DNA of 48,438 nucleotides from an uncultured Draconibacterium sp. (GTDB taxonomy: Bacteria; Bacteroidota; Bacteroidia; Bacteroidales; FEN-979), in the NCBI GenBank assembly GCA_964590675.1, contig CAZPWZ010000002.1, positions 1 through 48,438 on the forward strand, read 5' to 3'. The translations under genes and the position numbers were made by a program. Below the pieces are notes generated by a model. The model worked only from the letters and a program-made list of their open reading frames with translations. It searched no databases and was not told the origin of the DNA. How positions within the stretch are numbered: position 1 is the stretch's first letter; each line of letters opens with the position of its first letter. This document shows, one piece after another, positions 10,932 to 18,521 of this stretch.

Positions 10932-11341
10932 TCATCATCATACCTGTACATCAGGGTACGGACAATGCCGATGATGCCAGCAATAATGCCTGCAAAGAAT
11001 GTGCCTCCAATGGCCCACGCAAGATCTTCAGCCCCGTGACCGGATAGTTTTTCAACATTCACCACGTTTATAAAAATACCTGGATCCTGAATAATGATTA
11101 TCAGCAATACCAAGAATATCGCTATGCAGATGGCATAATACCATACTTTTTGCCAGGGATGCAGGAGGGCATAAAAAAACAAGGTAAATCCTGCAACATA
11201 CAGTAGGGCGAACAACGTATTGCCCTTGGATAAAATCATCCCGGGAATCGAAACGGCAATTATTACGACTGCAACCGACAAAAGGATCAATGCTTTCCTA
11301 AGTCGTTCGGCATCGGGCCTGGAAAAGAACGGAGTTTTCAT
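10928..11341 (-). CDS. Small multi-pass membrane protein with acidic C-terminal tail (paralog 2)
   Basis: Likely start MKTPFFSRPDAERL at 11341. An exact -7 box lies inside the longer track ORF. Tail YRYDDD. Its stop overlaps the stop of 10299..10931 by 4 nt (convergent). Confidence 0.7.
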   Translation of the reverse strand: MKTPFFSRPDAERLRKALILLSVAVVIIAVSIPGMILSKGNTLFALLYVAGFTLFFYALLHPWQKVWYYAICIAIFLVLLIIIIQDPGIFINVVNVEKLSGHGAEDLAWAIGGTFFAGIIAGIIGIVRTLMYRYDDD

Positions 11342-11358
11342 ATTGCTTGAATTTACAT

Positions 11359-11366
11359 CAAAAATA
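11359..11366 (-). promoter_or_regulatory. Candidate -7 promoter box of membrane-protein paralog 2
   Basis: Plus strand CAAAAATA, 18 nt upstream of ATG 11341, identical to the box at 8404..8411. Confidence 0.45.
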
Positions 11367-11440
11367 CTACATAACCGATTTAAAGTCAATCTTTTTGGAA
11401 GCAGTATTTGTATCCTGCTCAAAAAAACTCATTTGTAGCT

Positions 11441-11488
11441 GGAAAAGCCGATTAAGGTGACCCTCTCGGCCGATGTAAATTGACTGAA
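11441..11488 (-). repeat. TIR-bounded intergenic repeat, copy B (truncated, ~48 nt)
   Basis: GGAAAAGCCGATTAAGGTGACCCTCTCGGCCGATGTAAATTGA matches the first ~45 nt of copy A almost exactly. The sequence then diverges. Confidence 0.65.
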
Positions 11489-11611
11489 TGGTTCGTTTTC
11501 CTGCAAATTGTAAGATAAACCGTTCTGCATTTTTCATAATTTAGCCAATGGAGACTTTGAGTTAGAGACTATTTTGGTGTCAAATATGTTCCAACGATAA
11601 TTTAAAAGATT

Positions 11612-12337
11612 ATGGCAAATACGGTTCTTCACAAGGCAGAATCCCGTGGTGACGCAAACCACGGCTGGTTGCACAGCAGGCATACCTTTAGCTTTGCTGA
11701 CTATAATAACCACGAACGGATGAACTTTGGTGTGTTACGGGTCCTGAATGACGACTTCGTTGAAGCGGGTATGGGTTTTGGCACACATCCCCACAACAAT
11801 ATGGAAATCATTTCTATTCCCCTTGAGGGCGATTTGGAGCACAAGGACAGTATGGGGAATGTGGCGGTAATTAAAAAAGGCGATGTGCAGGTGATGAGTG
11901 CGGGCACGGGAATTACGCACAGCGAATACAACAGGAATAAGGATAAACCGGTGAAGTTCCTCCAGATATGGGTTTTTCCTAACAAAAGGAATGTTACTCC
12001 CCGCTACGATCAGATTACACTGAACCTGGATGACCGCCACAATAAATTTCAGCAAATTCTTTCGCCCGACCCTGATGATGCGGGTGTGTGGATTCACCAG
12101 GATGCCTGGTTTCATCTTGGAACCTTTGATAAGGATGTTTCTGTTGATTATGCAATCAAGAAGAACGGGAACGGCGTTTATGCTTTCATTATTAATGGGG
12201 AGGCGACCATTGAAGGGAACAAGTTGCATCAAAGGGATGGCCTGGGAATATGGAATATGGATAAAATTTCCGTCAAAGCAGACTCACCAAGAGTTGAAAT
12301 CCTGCTGATGGAGGTACCGATGAATCAGGCGAAGTGA
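11612..12337 (+). CDS. Pirin family protein (cupin; YhhW/YhaK-like)
   Basis: 241 aa. HGWLHSRHTFSFADYNNHERMNFGVLRVLNDD and GFGTHPHNNMEIISIPLEGDLEHKDSMGN are classic pirin N-terminal cupin motifs. Confidence 0.92.
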   Translation: MANTVLHKAESRGDANHGWLHSRHTFSFADYNNHERMNFGVLRVLNDDFVEAGMGFGTHPHNNMEIISIPLEGDLEHKDSMGNVAVIKKGDVQVMSAGTGITHSEYNRNKDKPVKFLQIWVFPNKRNVTPRYDQITLNLDDRHNKFQQILSPDPDDAGVWIHQDAWFHLGTFDKDVSVDYAIKKNGNGVYAFIINGEATIEGNKLHQRDGLGIWNMDKISVKADSPRVEILLMEVPMNQAK

Positions 12338-12366
12338 AAATTGCTGGTCATAAACCTGGTTTTAAA

Positions 12367-12897
12367 TCAATTTCTTTTTCTGTGTTTTTCAAGAATGAAT
12401 TTTATGGATTCACCAATGTACTGAGAGGTATTTGTTTTCTTTTTCTTCTCAGCATACAAAAGGGAATATGTTGTAAGAATATAAACCAGAGTCGAATCAG
12501 AATCATGTCTAAAATAAACACCTGTCACCGTTGGATCAAGGTTTAGATTGTTATTGATCAAACCACGCCATATTTCAGTACCTTTTGAATGATTTTTATA
12601 GATTAAATCAAAGGATAAAGAGAGCATTGCATATTTTATGCATTCGGATAAAAGGGTGTCTCCTACTAACGGCAATGATATTAAAAACTGGTAAGAATAA
12701 TCACTGTCCGGGATCATTTGCTTGTTTTCAGTGAACGGGGTTTTCAGCGAGAATGAAATTTTTTCATTGGACAGCGGATAGTTTTGAAAAATTTGATAGT
12801 ACACCCCTGGTAATGAAATGGACGTTTGTGCCGGCAATGATGATATTGTTGCCAAAAGGGCCAACGTTATCAGAACAGATTTCAAAGTTTCAATCAT
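12367..12897 (-). CDS. Hypothetical secreted protein
   Basis: 176-aa ORF in a visibly AT-rich stretch. N-terminal signal-like LITLALLATISSLPAQT. No motif recognised. Confidence 0.5.
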   Translation of the reverse strand: MIETLKSVLITLALLATISSLPAQTSISLPGVYYQIFQNYPLSNEKISFSLKTPFTENKQMIPDSDYSYQFLISLPLVGDTLLSECIKYAMLSLSFDLIYKNHSKGTEIWRGLINNNLNLDPTVTGVYFRHDSDSTLVYILTTYSLLYAEKKKKTNTSQYIGESIKFILEKHRKRN

Positions 12898-13284
12898 AAA
12901 GTTGTAAGTACCTGTAAAAAGGATGCCTCTTTATGCCCAAATAATTTTACAGGCCATTTTTCTAGAATTAATTGAAGACAATCCATTGATCCTGATCACA
13001 TTCGAAAGAGGCGATTTGTTGGTTCAGCCCGGATTAACCCAGGAAAAGCTTATCCGGGAAACACAGGTTAATTCATAAAGAATTGCAAAGCAATCTTTTG
13101 CAGGGAGAAACAGCGGACTTCAACGATATGAATTTTCTGGAACAATGCAAATTGTGGCATTGGCGGTTGCTTCAGGGCCAGAAAAAACAGTATGCCCAGT
13201 GTAGACAATGTTTTTTTCATAGACCTCAAAATTAGAAAATTTTCCATTTATCCCGCATGATAAAATATCTTTCAATGGTCCTTC

Positions 13285-13317
13285 TGGACAAGCTAATAGT
13301 TTTGACCTGAGCGGGCT
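13285..13317 (-). repeat. TIR-bounded intergenic repeat, copy G (truncated, ~33 nt)
   Basis: GGACAAGCTAATAGTTTTGACCTGAGCGGGCTG matches the first 33 nt of copy C (GGACAATCTAATGGTTTTGACCAGGTCGGGCTG) at 28 of 33 positions by hand count. Confidence 0.55.
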
Positions 13318-13337
13318 GCCTCCTTTGGTTTAATTCA

Positions 13338-13345
13338 TATTTTTG
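13338..13345 (+). promoter_or_regulatory. Candidate -7 promoter box (TATTTTTG) of the HD-domain gene
   Basis: Exact TAnnTTTG, 39 nt upstream of ATG 13384. Confidence 0.45.
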
Positions 13346-13383
13346 CTTGAACCGAAAAGCCACCTAAAAATCCCGATAAAAGT

Positions 13384-14037
13384 ATGTCAGACCAGGAAAC
13401 TATTGAAAAAACCGCCGCTTATGTAAAAAATGAACTTAAAAATGCCGAGGGCGGTCACGACTGGTGGCATATCGAGCGGGTATGGAAGACTGCCAGAATA
13501 ATTGCCCGGACGGAAAAAGTCAACCTGTTTGTTGTTGAACTGGGGGCACTGCTTCACGACATCGCGGATTCAAAATTTAACAATGGAGACGAAAACATTG
13601 GCGTAGAAAAAGCCAGTGCGTTTTTAAGGAGTCTTTATGTGGATGAATGCGTGGTCGAACATATCAACAGGATCATTGCCAATATCTCGTTTGGGGGCGG
13701 AAATGTCAAACGCGATTTCTTTTCTATTGAGTTTGCGGTGGTGCAGGATGCCGACAGGCTGGATGCCCTGGGGGCGATCGGAATTGCAAGGACGTTTAAT
13801 TATGGCGGATTCAGGGGAAGAGAACTGTATAATCCTTCCGTAAGACCAGCCCTGGGGATGACGAAGGAAGAGTACAAAAGCAGTTCAGCCCCGACGATAA
13901 ATCATTTCTATGAGAAATTGCTTTTGCTTAAAGATCGAATGAATACGGCAACGGGAAGAAAAATGGCAGGGCGAAGGCACCAGTTTATGGAACTCTACCT
14001 GAGCCAGTTCTTCAGGGAGTGGGATGGGTTGGAGTAA
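13384..14037 (+). CDS. HD domain-containing phosphohydrolase
   Basis: 217 aa. GGHDWWHIERVW...LGALLHDIADSKF...VVQDADRLDALGAIGIARTF carries the H...HD...D signature of HD-superfamily hydrolases. Confidence 0.9.
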   Translation: MSDQETIEKTAAYVKNELKNAEGGHDWWHIERVWKTARIIARTEKVNLFVVELGALLHDIADSKFNNGDENIGVEKASAFLRSLYVDECVVEHINRIIANISFGGGNVKRDFFSIEFAVVQDADRLDALGAIGIARTFNYGGFRGRELYNPSVRPALGMTKEEYKSSSAPTINHFYEKLLLLKDRMNTATGRKMAGRRHQFMELYLSQFFREWDGLE

Positions 14038-14244
14038 GCGCCACTGGCATGTCAATATTGACCGTTTTCAGCCCCAGGCGGCCATTTTCATTCCCACCAC
14101 AGGCCAAGTATCAACCAATGGCGAGCGTTCGTCCCTGGTCTTAATATGTGGCAATATGAATATGTGGGTCGGTTAAGGCAATCACCAGAACCAAATCCGA
14201 AAATGGCAGAATCAACACAATCTTTTTCCATCCCAAGCCACCTT

Positions 14245-14369
14245 GGACAATCTAATGGTTTTGACCAGGTCGGGCTGAAGTAAATTGACCACCTCTATTC
14301 ATTGATTGCCAACAGGTTGATGTGGTCAGCAAAAATCGGTGAGCAGTGGTCAGGGTGTCCGGCCTGTCC
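14245..14369 (-). repeat. ~124-bp TIR-bounded intergenic repeat, copy C (full length)
   Basis: GGACAATCTA...GTGGTCAGCAAAAATCGGTGAGCAG...CCGGCCTGTCC. Collinear with copy A over its whole length. Lies between convergent genes. Confidence 0.75.
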
Positions 14370-14465
14370 AGGACACTGAATAACACCCAGGCATTCTGGC
14401 ATAAACCAAATAAAAAAGCCCCCATCTCTGAAGGCTTCATAACGAATGCGGATAAATATATCGGG

Positions 14466-14834
14466 TTATTCGAAATCGGCAGTTGCGGGAGTAACAGGGG
14501 CCAGTGCATTGACATCAATCATCACATCGGCTGAATCATTGAAATCAGCCTCGGCTGGCGCAATTGGGGCAAGCGTCATTATGTCAATGGTTGAAACGGG
14601 AGCAACATCATTGAAATCGGCTTCGGCTGGAGTTGCTGGTGCCAGAAAAGAAAAGTCATTCATAACGGCAACTTCTTCAAAGGTCGCTTCCATCGGGGTA
14701 CCAGGTGCCAGGTTCATTGCAGCCATTGAGGTGCTTTCCAACGTCACGGGTGCTGATAAGTCTTCATTGCCGGCGAAAAGAATTCCTGAAATGAGGGCGA
14801 AAAAGGCTGCGATGATGATTGATTTTGCTTTCAT
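14466..14834 (-). CDS. Small secreted repeat protein with four ~23-aa units ending in LAPxTPxEAxF(E/N)(E/D)
   Basis: Start MKAKSIIIAAFFALISGILFA at 14834 (signal peptide). An exact -7 box lies 29 nt upstream, so the longer track ORF (to 15110) is rejected. Repeats: NLAPGTPMEATFEE, FLAPATPAEADFND, TLAPIAPAEADFND, ALAPVTPATADFE followed by the stop. Confidence 0.7.
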   Translation of the reverse strand: MKAKSIIIAAFFALISGILFAGNEDLSAPVTLESTSMAAMNLAPGTPMEATFEEVAVMNDFSFLAPATPAEADFNDVAPVSTIDIMTLAPIAPAEADFNDSADVMIDVNALAPVTPATADFE

Positions 14835-14862
14835 TTTATCGTTGTTTTTGATGTTAATGAAG

Positions 14863-14870
14863 CAAAGATA
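14863..14870 (-). promoter_or_regulatory. Candidate -7 promoter box of the LAP-repeat protein gene
   Basis: Plus strand CAAAGATA is TATCTTTG on the minus strand, 29 nt upstream of ATG 14834. Confidence 0.45.
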
Positions 14871-15212
14871 TATTGGAATGAGGGGCTGGTCGATGCTTTT
14901 TCGATTGACGGAGAAAACTTCCCGGCAGATAAGGGTAAAAACCCGACGAAAATGCAAATGGCAGGTTGGCGATAATAAGCTGGAAAAAGATGAAGACAGG
15001 TCGTTCCCACCCTGCCAAATTTCAATAACCTGCACATTCGACATACTTATGAAGTTTTTGGGAAAGAGGTCGGAAAAATAAAACCCCATTCCTTTGGTGG
15101 ATAAATACAATTAGTGGATCAATTGCAGGAGAATCATTTGCATTCCGTGAAGACAAACAAACTATATTCGCTATTCAAAAAGGAGTGTTGGGGTGGCAAT
15201 ATGAAATAGAAT

Positions 15213-15593
15213 ATGAGAATACGGCCAGTAAACAAACTCATAAAGGCAATATCAGGGGTGGTTTTCGGACAAATCACCGGTATCTCTCTTTGTCCATTTG
15301 GCATTTACATTGATGGTGCCGCCAATTCTACCACGCTGAACCATGAGAAAATCCATTGGCGTCAACAACTGGAAATGTTGATACTCCCATTTTATTTGTG
15401 GTACCTGGTCGAATTTTTCATTCGAAGAGTTTTTCAAACGAGAACAGCCGCCTACTTGTCTTTATCCTTTGAACGAGAAGCATATGCAAAACAGCATGAT
15501 CTCAATTATTTGAAAACAAGAACACCCTTTTCATGGATAAAATATCTGTTTGAAAACAAGGCTTTAAATAATAGTAAACCTAAAAAACTGTAA
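15213..15593 (+). CDS. Small HExxH-motif protein (putative zinc metallopeptidase-like), membrane associated
   Basis: 126 aa. LNHEKIHWRQQLE contains HExxH, with a downstream hydrophobic helix and FEREAY. The family is not identified with certainty. Confidence 0.6.
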   Translation: MRIRPVNKLIKAISGVVFGQITGISLCPFGIYIDGAANSTTLNHEKIHWRQQLEMLILPFYLWYLVEFFIRRVFQTRTAAYLSLSFEREAYAKQHDLNYLKTRTPFSWIKYLFENKALNNSKPKKL

Positions 15594-15845
15594 ACATGAA
15601 TGTTAAAGAAATTGATGAGATAAAAAGTCTTGAAGACATCGAAAGATTTTTTACATTACTTGCTCAAGAACACATTCTATATCACCCGGAAGTATCATTT
15701 GGTGTTTTTTTACATAGGGTGTATTAAACGGAGCTTTTGACCACATTTCGTCGGTTATAATCGAACATCATAATTTATTAATAATCAAGATTTTGACATG
15801 TTTTTTTATTCAGGTGAAGGCTGGTCAAAGTGGACGTTTTTTTCA

Positions 15846-15853
15846 TATATTTG
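15846..15853 (+). promoter_or_regulatory. Candidate -7 promoter box (TATATTTG) of the patatin/CDF-like operon
   Basis: Exact TAnnTTTG ending 4 nt before ATG 15858, which implies a very short leader or none. Confidence 0.45.
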
Positions 15854-15857
15854 AGTC

Positions 15858-16715
15858 ATGAATGAGCCAACAGTTGCCCTGGTCCTCGGTGGTGGCGGAA
15901 TAAAACCCTATTCAGTCATTCCATTGCTGAAGTTTCTTGAACATAACAACATCCGGCTCGATCTTATTGTCGGATGCAGCGGCGGAGCCATCATGTCGGC
16001 GTTGCTGGCATCGGGTTACGCTCCCGAACACATTGTTGACACCATCGTTTCCCGGTTAAAGAAGAATCTTTTCAGGCCCGATCTCAGAACGATTGCATCG
16101 TTGGCCGGCCTCCCTTTTTCTAAAATGGATAAAGCATCCGCCTTTATCAACCCCGGGCCAATCCGGAAATTTTTCAGGGAACTCTTTGGATCCAGGCGAA
16201 TTGAGGACCTCCGGCTGAAAACGATCCTGCAGGCAACAGATTTTCAGACCGGGGAAGGGGTCGGACTCGAAAGAGGAGACCTGGCCAACAGCGTCTATGC
16301 TTCGTCGGCTATTTTTCCCCTTCTCCCTGCCCTAAAAATCGGAGAAAGATGGTTGTTCGACGGAGGTTTCAGTGCCCCCATCCCTGTGTTGCAGGCGGTC
16401 AGACACAGGCCCGATATCATCATTGTCGTTGATTTCCTTGAAAAATTATCCCCTGATCCGCAAGGCTATTTTGAAACAACCCTCCACACCAGTAAGATTT
16501 TCGAGAAGACCATTAAGGCTGCCCAGACATGCCTGACACTCAACCTGCACGTAGGGGAGATGATCTATGTTAAAATGAATTTCGAAAAATACATAACCAT
16601 CTGGGAGATCGAAAAGATGCCAGCCATACTCAAAGCCGGGGAAATTGCGCTGGAGAAGGTTAAAGACGAGATCCTGCTTGCGTATAACCATCATAAAAAC
16701 CAAAGTCAGCATTAG
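15858..16715 (+). CDS. Patatin-like phospholipase family protein
   Basis: 285 aa. Oxyanion box LGGGGIK, nucleophile elbow GCSGG (GxSxG), catalytic Asp in LFDGGFSAPIP. Confidence 0.92.
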   Translation: MNEPTVALVLGGGGIKPYSVIPLLKFLEHNNIRLDLIVGCSGGAIMSALLASGYAPEHIVDTIVSRLKKNLFRPDLRTIASLAGLPFSKMDKASAFINPGPIRKFFRELFGSRRIEDLRLKTILQATDFQTGEGVGLERGDLANSVYASSAIFPLLPALKIGERWLFDGGFSAPIPVLQAVRHRPDIIIVVDFLEKLSPDPQGYFETTLHTSKIFEKTIKAAQTCLTLNLHVGEMIYVKMNFEKYITIWEIEKMPAILKAGEIALEKVKDEILLAYNHHKNQSQH

Positions 16716-16717
16716 CG

Positions 16718-17716
16718 GTGAAGTGGACCAGGTCTCATAATAAAGCAATTTCGGCAACAGAGTCAAACGACCGGTCGCTCCTGGCGGAAACAAAGCGGCT
16801 GGTCGACCTGGCCTTCTTTTCGGGAATACCCATGGCCGTCCTGTTTGTTATCGTGGGCTATTTGTCACATTCCGTAACCATCCTTACTTCAGCGGCTGCC
16901 TTTGTGCTTGGTCTGATTGTGCGATATTTCGCCTACGAGTCGATGAAAAGGATCATGAAATCCGACACGGTAAGATTTCCCTACGGCACCGGAAAACTCG
17001 AGAACTTCAGCAGTCTTCTGTACGGCGCATTGGTTGTGCCCTCAAGCATCGTGTTAATTATACTTTCCGTCAACAGGTTGATTCACCCTGCACACGCGAT
17101 CAACTTTTCGGTTGCCCAGATCCCGGTGGTTATTTCACTTGCCAGAAATGCATACCTTACCTACCTGTCGCATAAGATCAGAAAAAGGACCGCCAGTAAA
17201 CTGATCCAATCCTATTATATCAACTACCGGATATCTGCATTTTACGATTCGGGTGTCCTGCTGTCGTTGACAGTGGCGGGTATTCTGATGAGTTCGGGAA
17301 ACAACATGCTACCCTCCTATCTTGATGCATCGGTATCGCTCCTGGTGTCGGTTTATGCACTCATCATGGGCATCAGGCTGACAACCGACAATTTTAAAAT
17401 CCTGATCGACCTGCCCTTATGCGAGGAAGACCAACTCAGGATCCTGAGTGTGCTGGCGGCCCATTACAACCGGTTTGAATCAGTGGGAAACATCTATACC
17501 CGGCAGAGCGGCACGGACCGGTTCATCGAAATCGAACTATACCTGGGCGGTCGTGTTTCGATGGTGGAGATCGATTTGCTCCGTGCCGACATGCGGCAGA
17601 TGCTTGAAACCAGGCTCGGCCCCGTAAAGTTTAACATCATCCCCCTGCTTCCCGATGAAGCGGTTCAGAAACAGGACCCCGCTGACCCTATTACACTGAG
17701 GTCCAATACCCCATGA
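16718..17716 (+). CDS. Cation diffusion facilitator (CDF)-fold membrane protein with apparently degenerate transport site
   Basis: 332 aa. GTG start 2 nt after the patatin stop. FPYGTGKLENFSSL and TRQSGTDRFIEIELYL resemble the FieF/YiiP motifs HSFGHGKAESLAAL and TRQSGPTRFIQIHLEM (recalled from memory). Six hydrophobic helices plus a C-terminal cytoplasmic domain. Confidence 0.8.
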   Translation: MKWTRSHNKAISATESNDRSLLAETKRLVDLAFFSGIPMAVLFVIVGYLSHSVTILTSAAAFVLGLIVRYFAYESMKRIMKSDTVRFPYGTGKLENFSSLLYGALVVPSSIVLIILSVNRLIHPAHAINFSVAQIPVVISLARNAYLTYLSHKIRKRTASKLIQSYYINYRISAFYDSGVLLSLTVAGILMSSGNNMLPSYLDASVSLLVSVYALIMGIRLTTDNFKILIDLPLCEEDQLRILSVLAAHYNRFESVGNIYTRQSGTDRFIEIELYLGGRVSMVEIDLLRADMRQMLETRLGPVKFNIIPLLPDEAVQKQDPADPITLRSNTP

Positions 17717-18158
17717 TCCCCGAAACATTGCCGATCAGAAAATCCTCTTAGCTAACTCCGGAAGAGTATAATAAGATTCATTTCAGATTAGTTTCAATGT
17801 GTTCAAGCTAAATGGAGTCATCCTTCATGACTGAAAAATGATTTTAAGATCAGCCTCAATGTAATTTCGCAGTTTTTAATTTTTAATGGCCCATTCAGAA
17901 ACGAGATCGACTTTGACACCTTATTATTCGGACAATTCAACCTCAATCCGCAGTCATAAGCCGTGGAAAACGGTTCTGTGGAATGACCGTTCTGTCCGAC
18001 CATTCTCCACCATGAATACGGCGACATGCTATCATGTTGAATGTCAGTCAAATAATGTATTTATCCAAAACTGGCGACATGTGGTCAGGTTAATCGGCGT
18101 ATCCACTACTGCTTAAAAATAAACTTGATAAATAGTTTCACTTTCGGGCAACATTTCA

Positions 18159-18166
18159 TATCTTTG
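18159..18166 (+). promoter_or_regulatory. Candidate -7 promoter box (TATCTTTG) of the toxin-antitoxin operon
   Basis: Exact TAnnTTTG ending 4 nt before ATG 18171, which implies a leaderless or near-leaderless mRNA. Confidence 0.45.
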
Positions 18167-18170
18167 CATC

Positions 18171-18521
18171 ATGGGCAAAAAACAGAAGCACAGGACCATC
18201 ATATTCTACAAAAACTATTTTGAAGTTTTCTTTTTAAAACAACGGGCCAAGGTTAAGGATAAGATTATCTGGACCTTTGATTTGATTGAAGAGTTACCGA
18301 TGGTTCCTGAAACATACCTAAGGAGCATTGAAGATTCGGCAGGCCTGTTTGAAATCCGGATTCAATTTGGCAGTGACATATTTCGGATTTTCTGTTTTTT
18401 TGACCACGGACAATTGGTAGTATTGGCAAACGGGTATCAAAAGAAATCGCAAAAGACCCCCAAACAGGAAATATATAAAGCACTTAAAATAAAGGAAGAA
18501 TATGAAAATGAAAAAAGATAA
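18171..18521 (+). CDS. higB: Type II toxin, RelE/ParE superfamily, HigB / Gp49-like (DUF891-type)
   Basis: 116 aa. GLFEIRIQFGSDIFRIFCFFDHGQLVVLANGYQKKSQKTPKQEIYKALKIKEEY matches the Gp49-like pattern (glyElR...yRifyff...ivll.gf.KKt.ktp..ei). The toxin-first order is typical of HigBA. Confidence 0.85.
   Translation: MGKKQKHRTIIFYKNYFEVFFLKQRAKVKDKIIWTFDLIEELPMVPETYLRSIEDSAGLFEIRIQFGSDIFRIFCFFDHGQLVVLANGYQKKSQKTPKQEIYKALKIKEEYENEKR

Noticed and set aside
13068-13220. 50-codon minus-strand ORF with a signal-peptide-like N-terminus (MKKTLSTLGILFFLALK...)
   Set aside because: It is too short, with no motif and no exact promoter box. It may be the decayed 5' end of a lost gene. Evidence is insufficient to annotate it.
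14446-15081. 211-aa plus-strand ORF rich in Ala/Ser/Gly
   Set aside because: It is the antisense reading of the LAPxTPxEAxF repeat gene. It has no promoter box and no signal or motif. The minus-strand gene has a signal peptide, a periodic conserved motif and an exact -7 box.
17818-18116. Two overlapping 76-77-aa ORFs on opposite strands
   Set aside because: They are mutually exclusive and neither has recognisable features. I treat the region as non-coding spacer (see the finding for 17717-18170).
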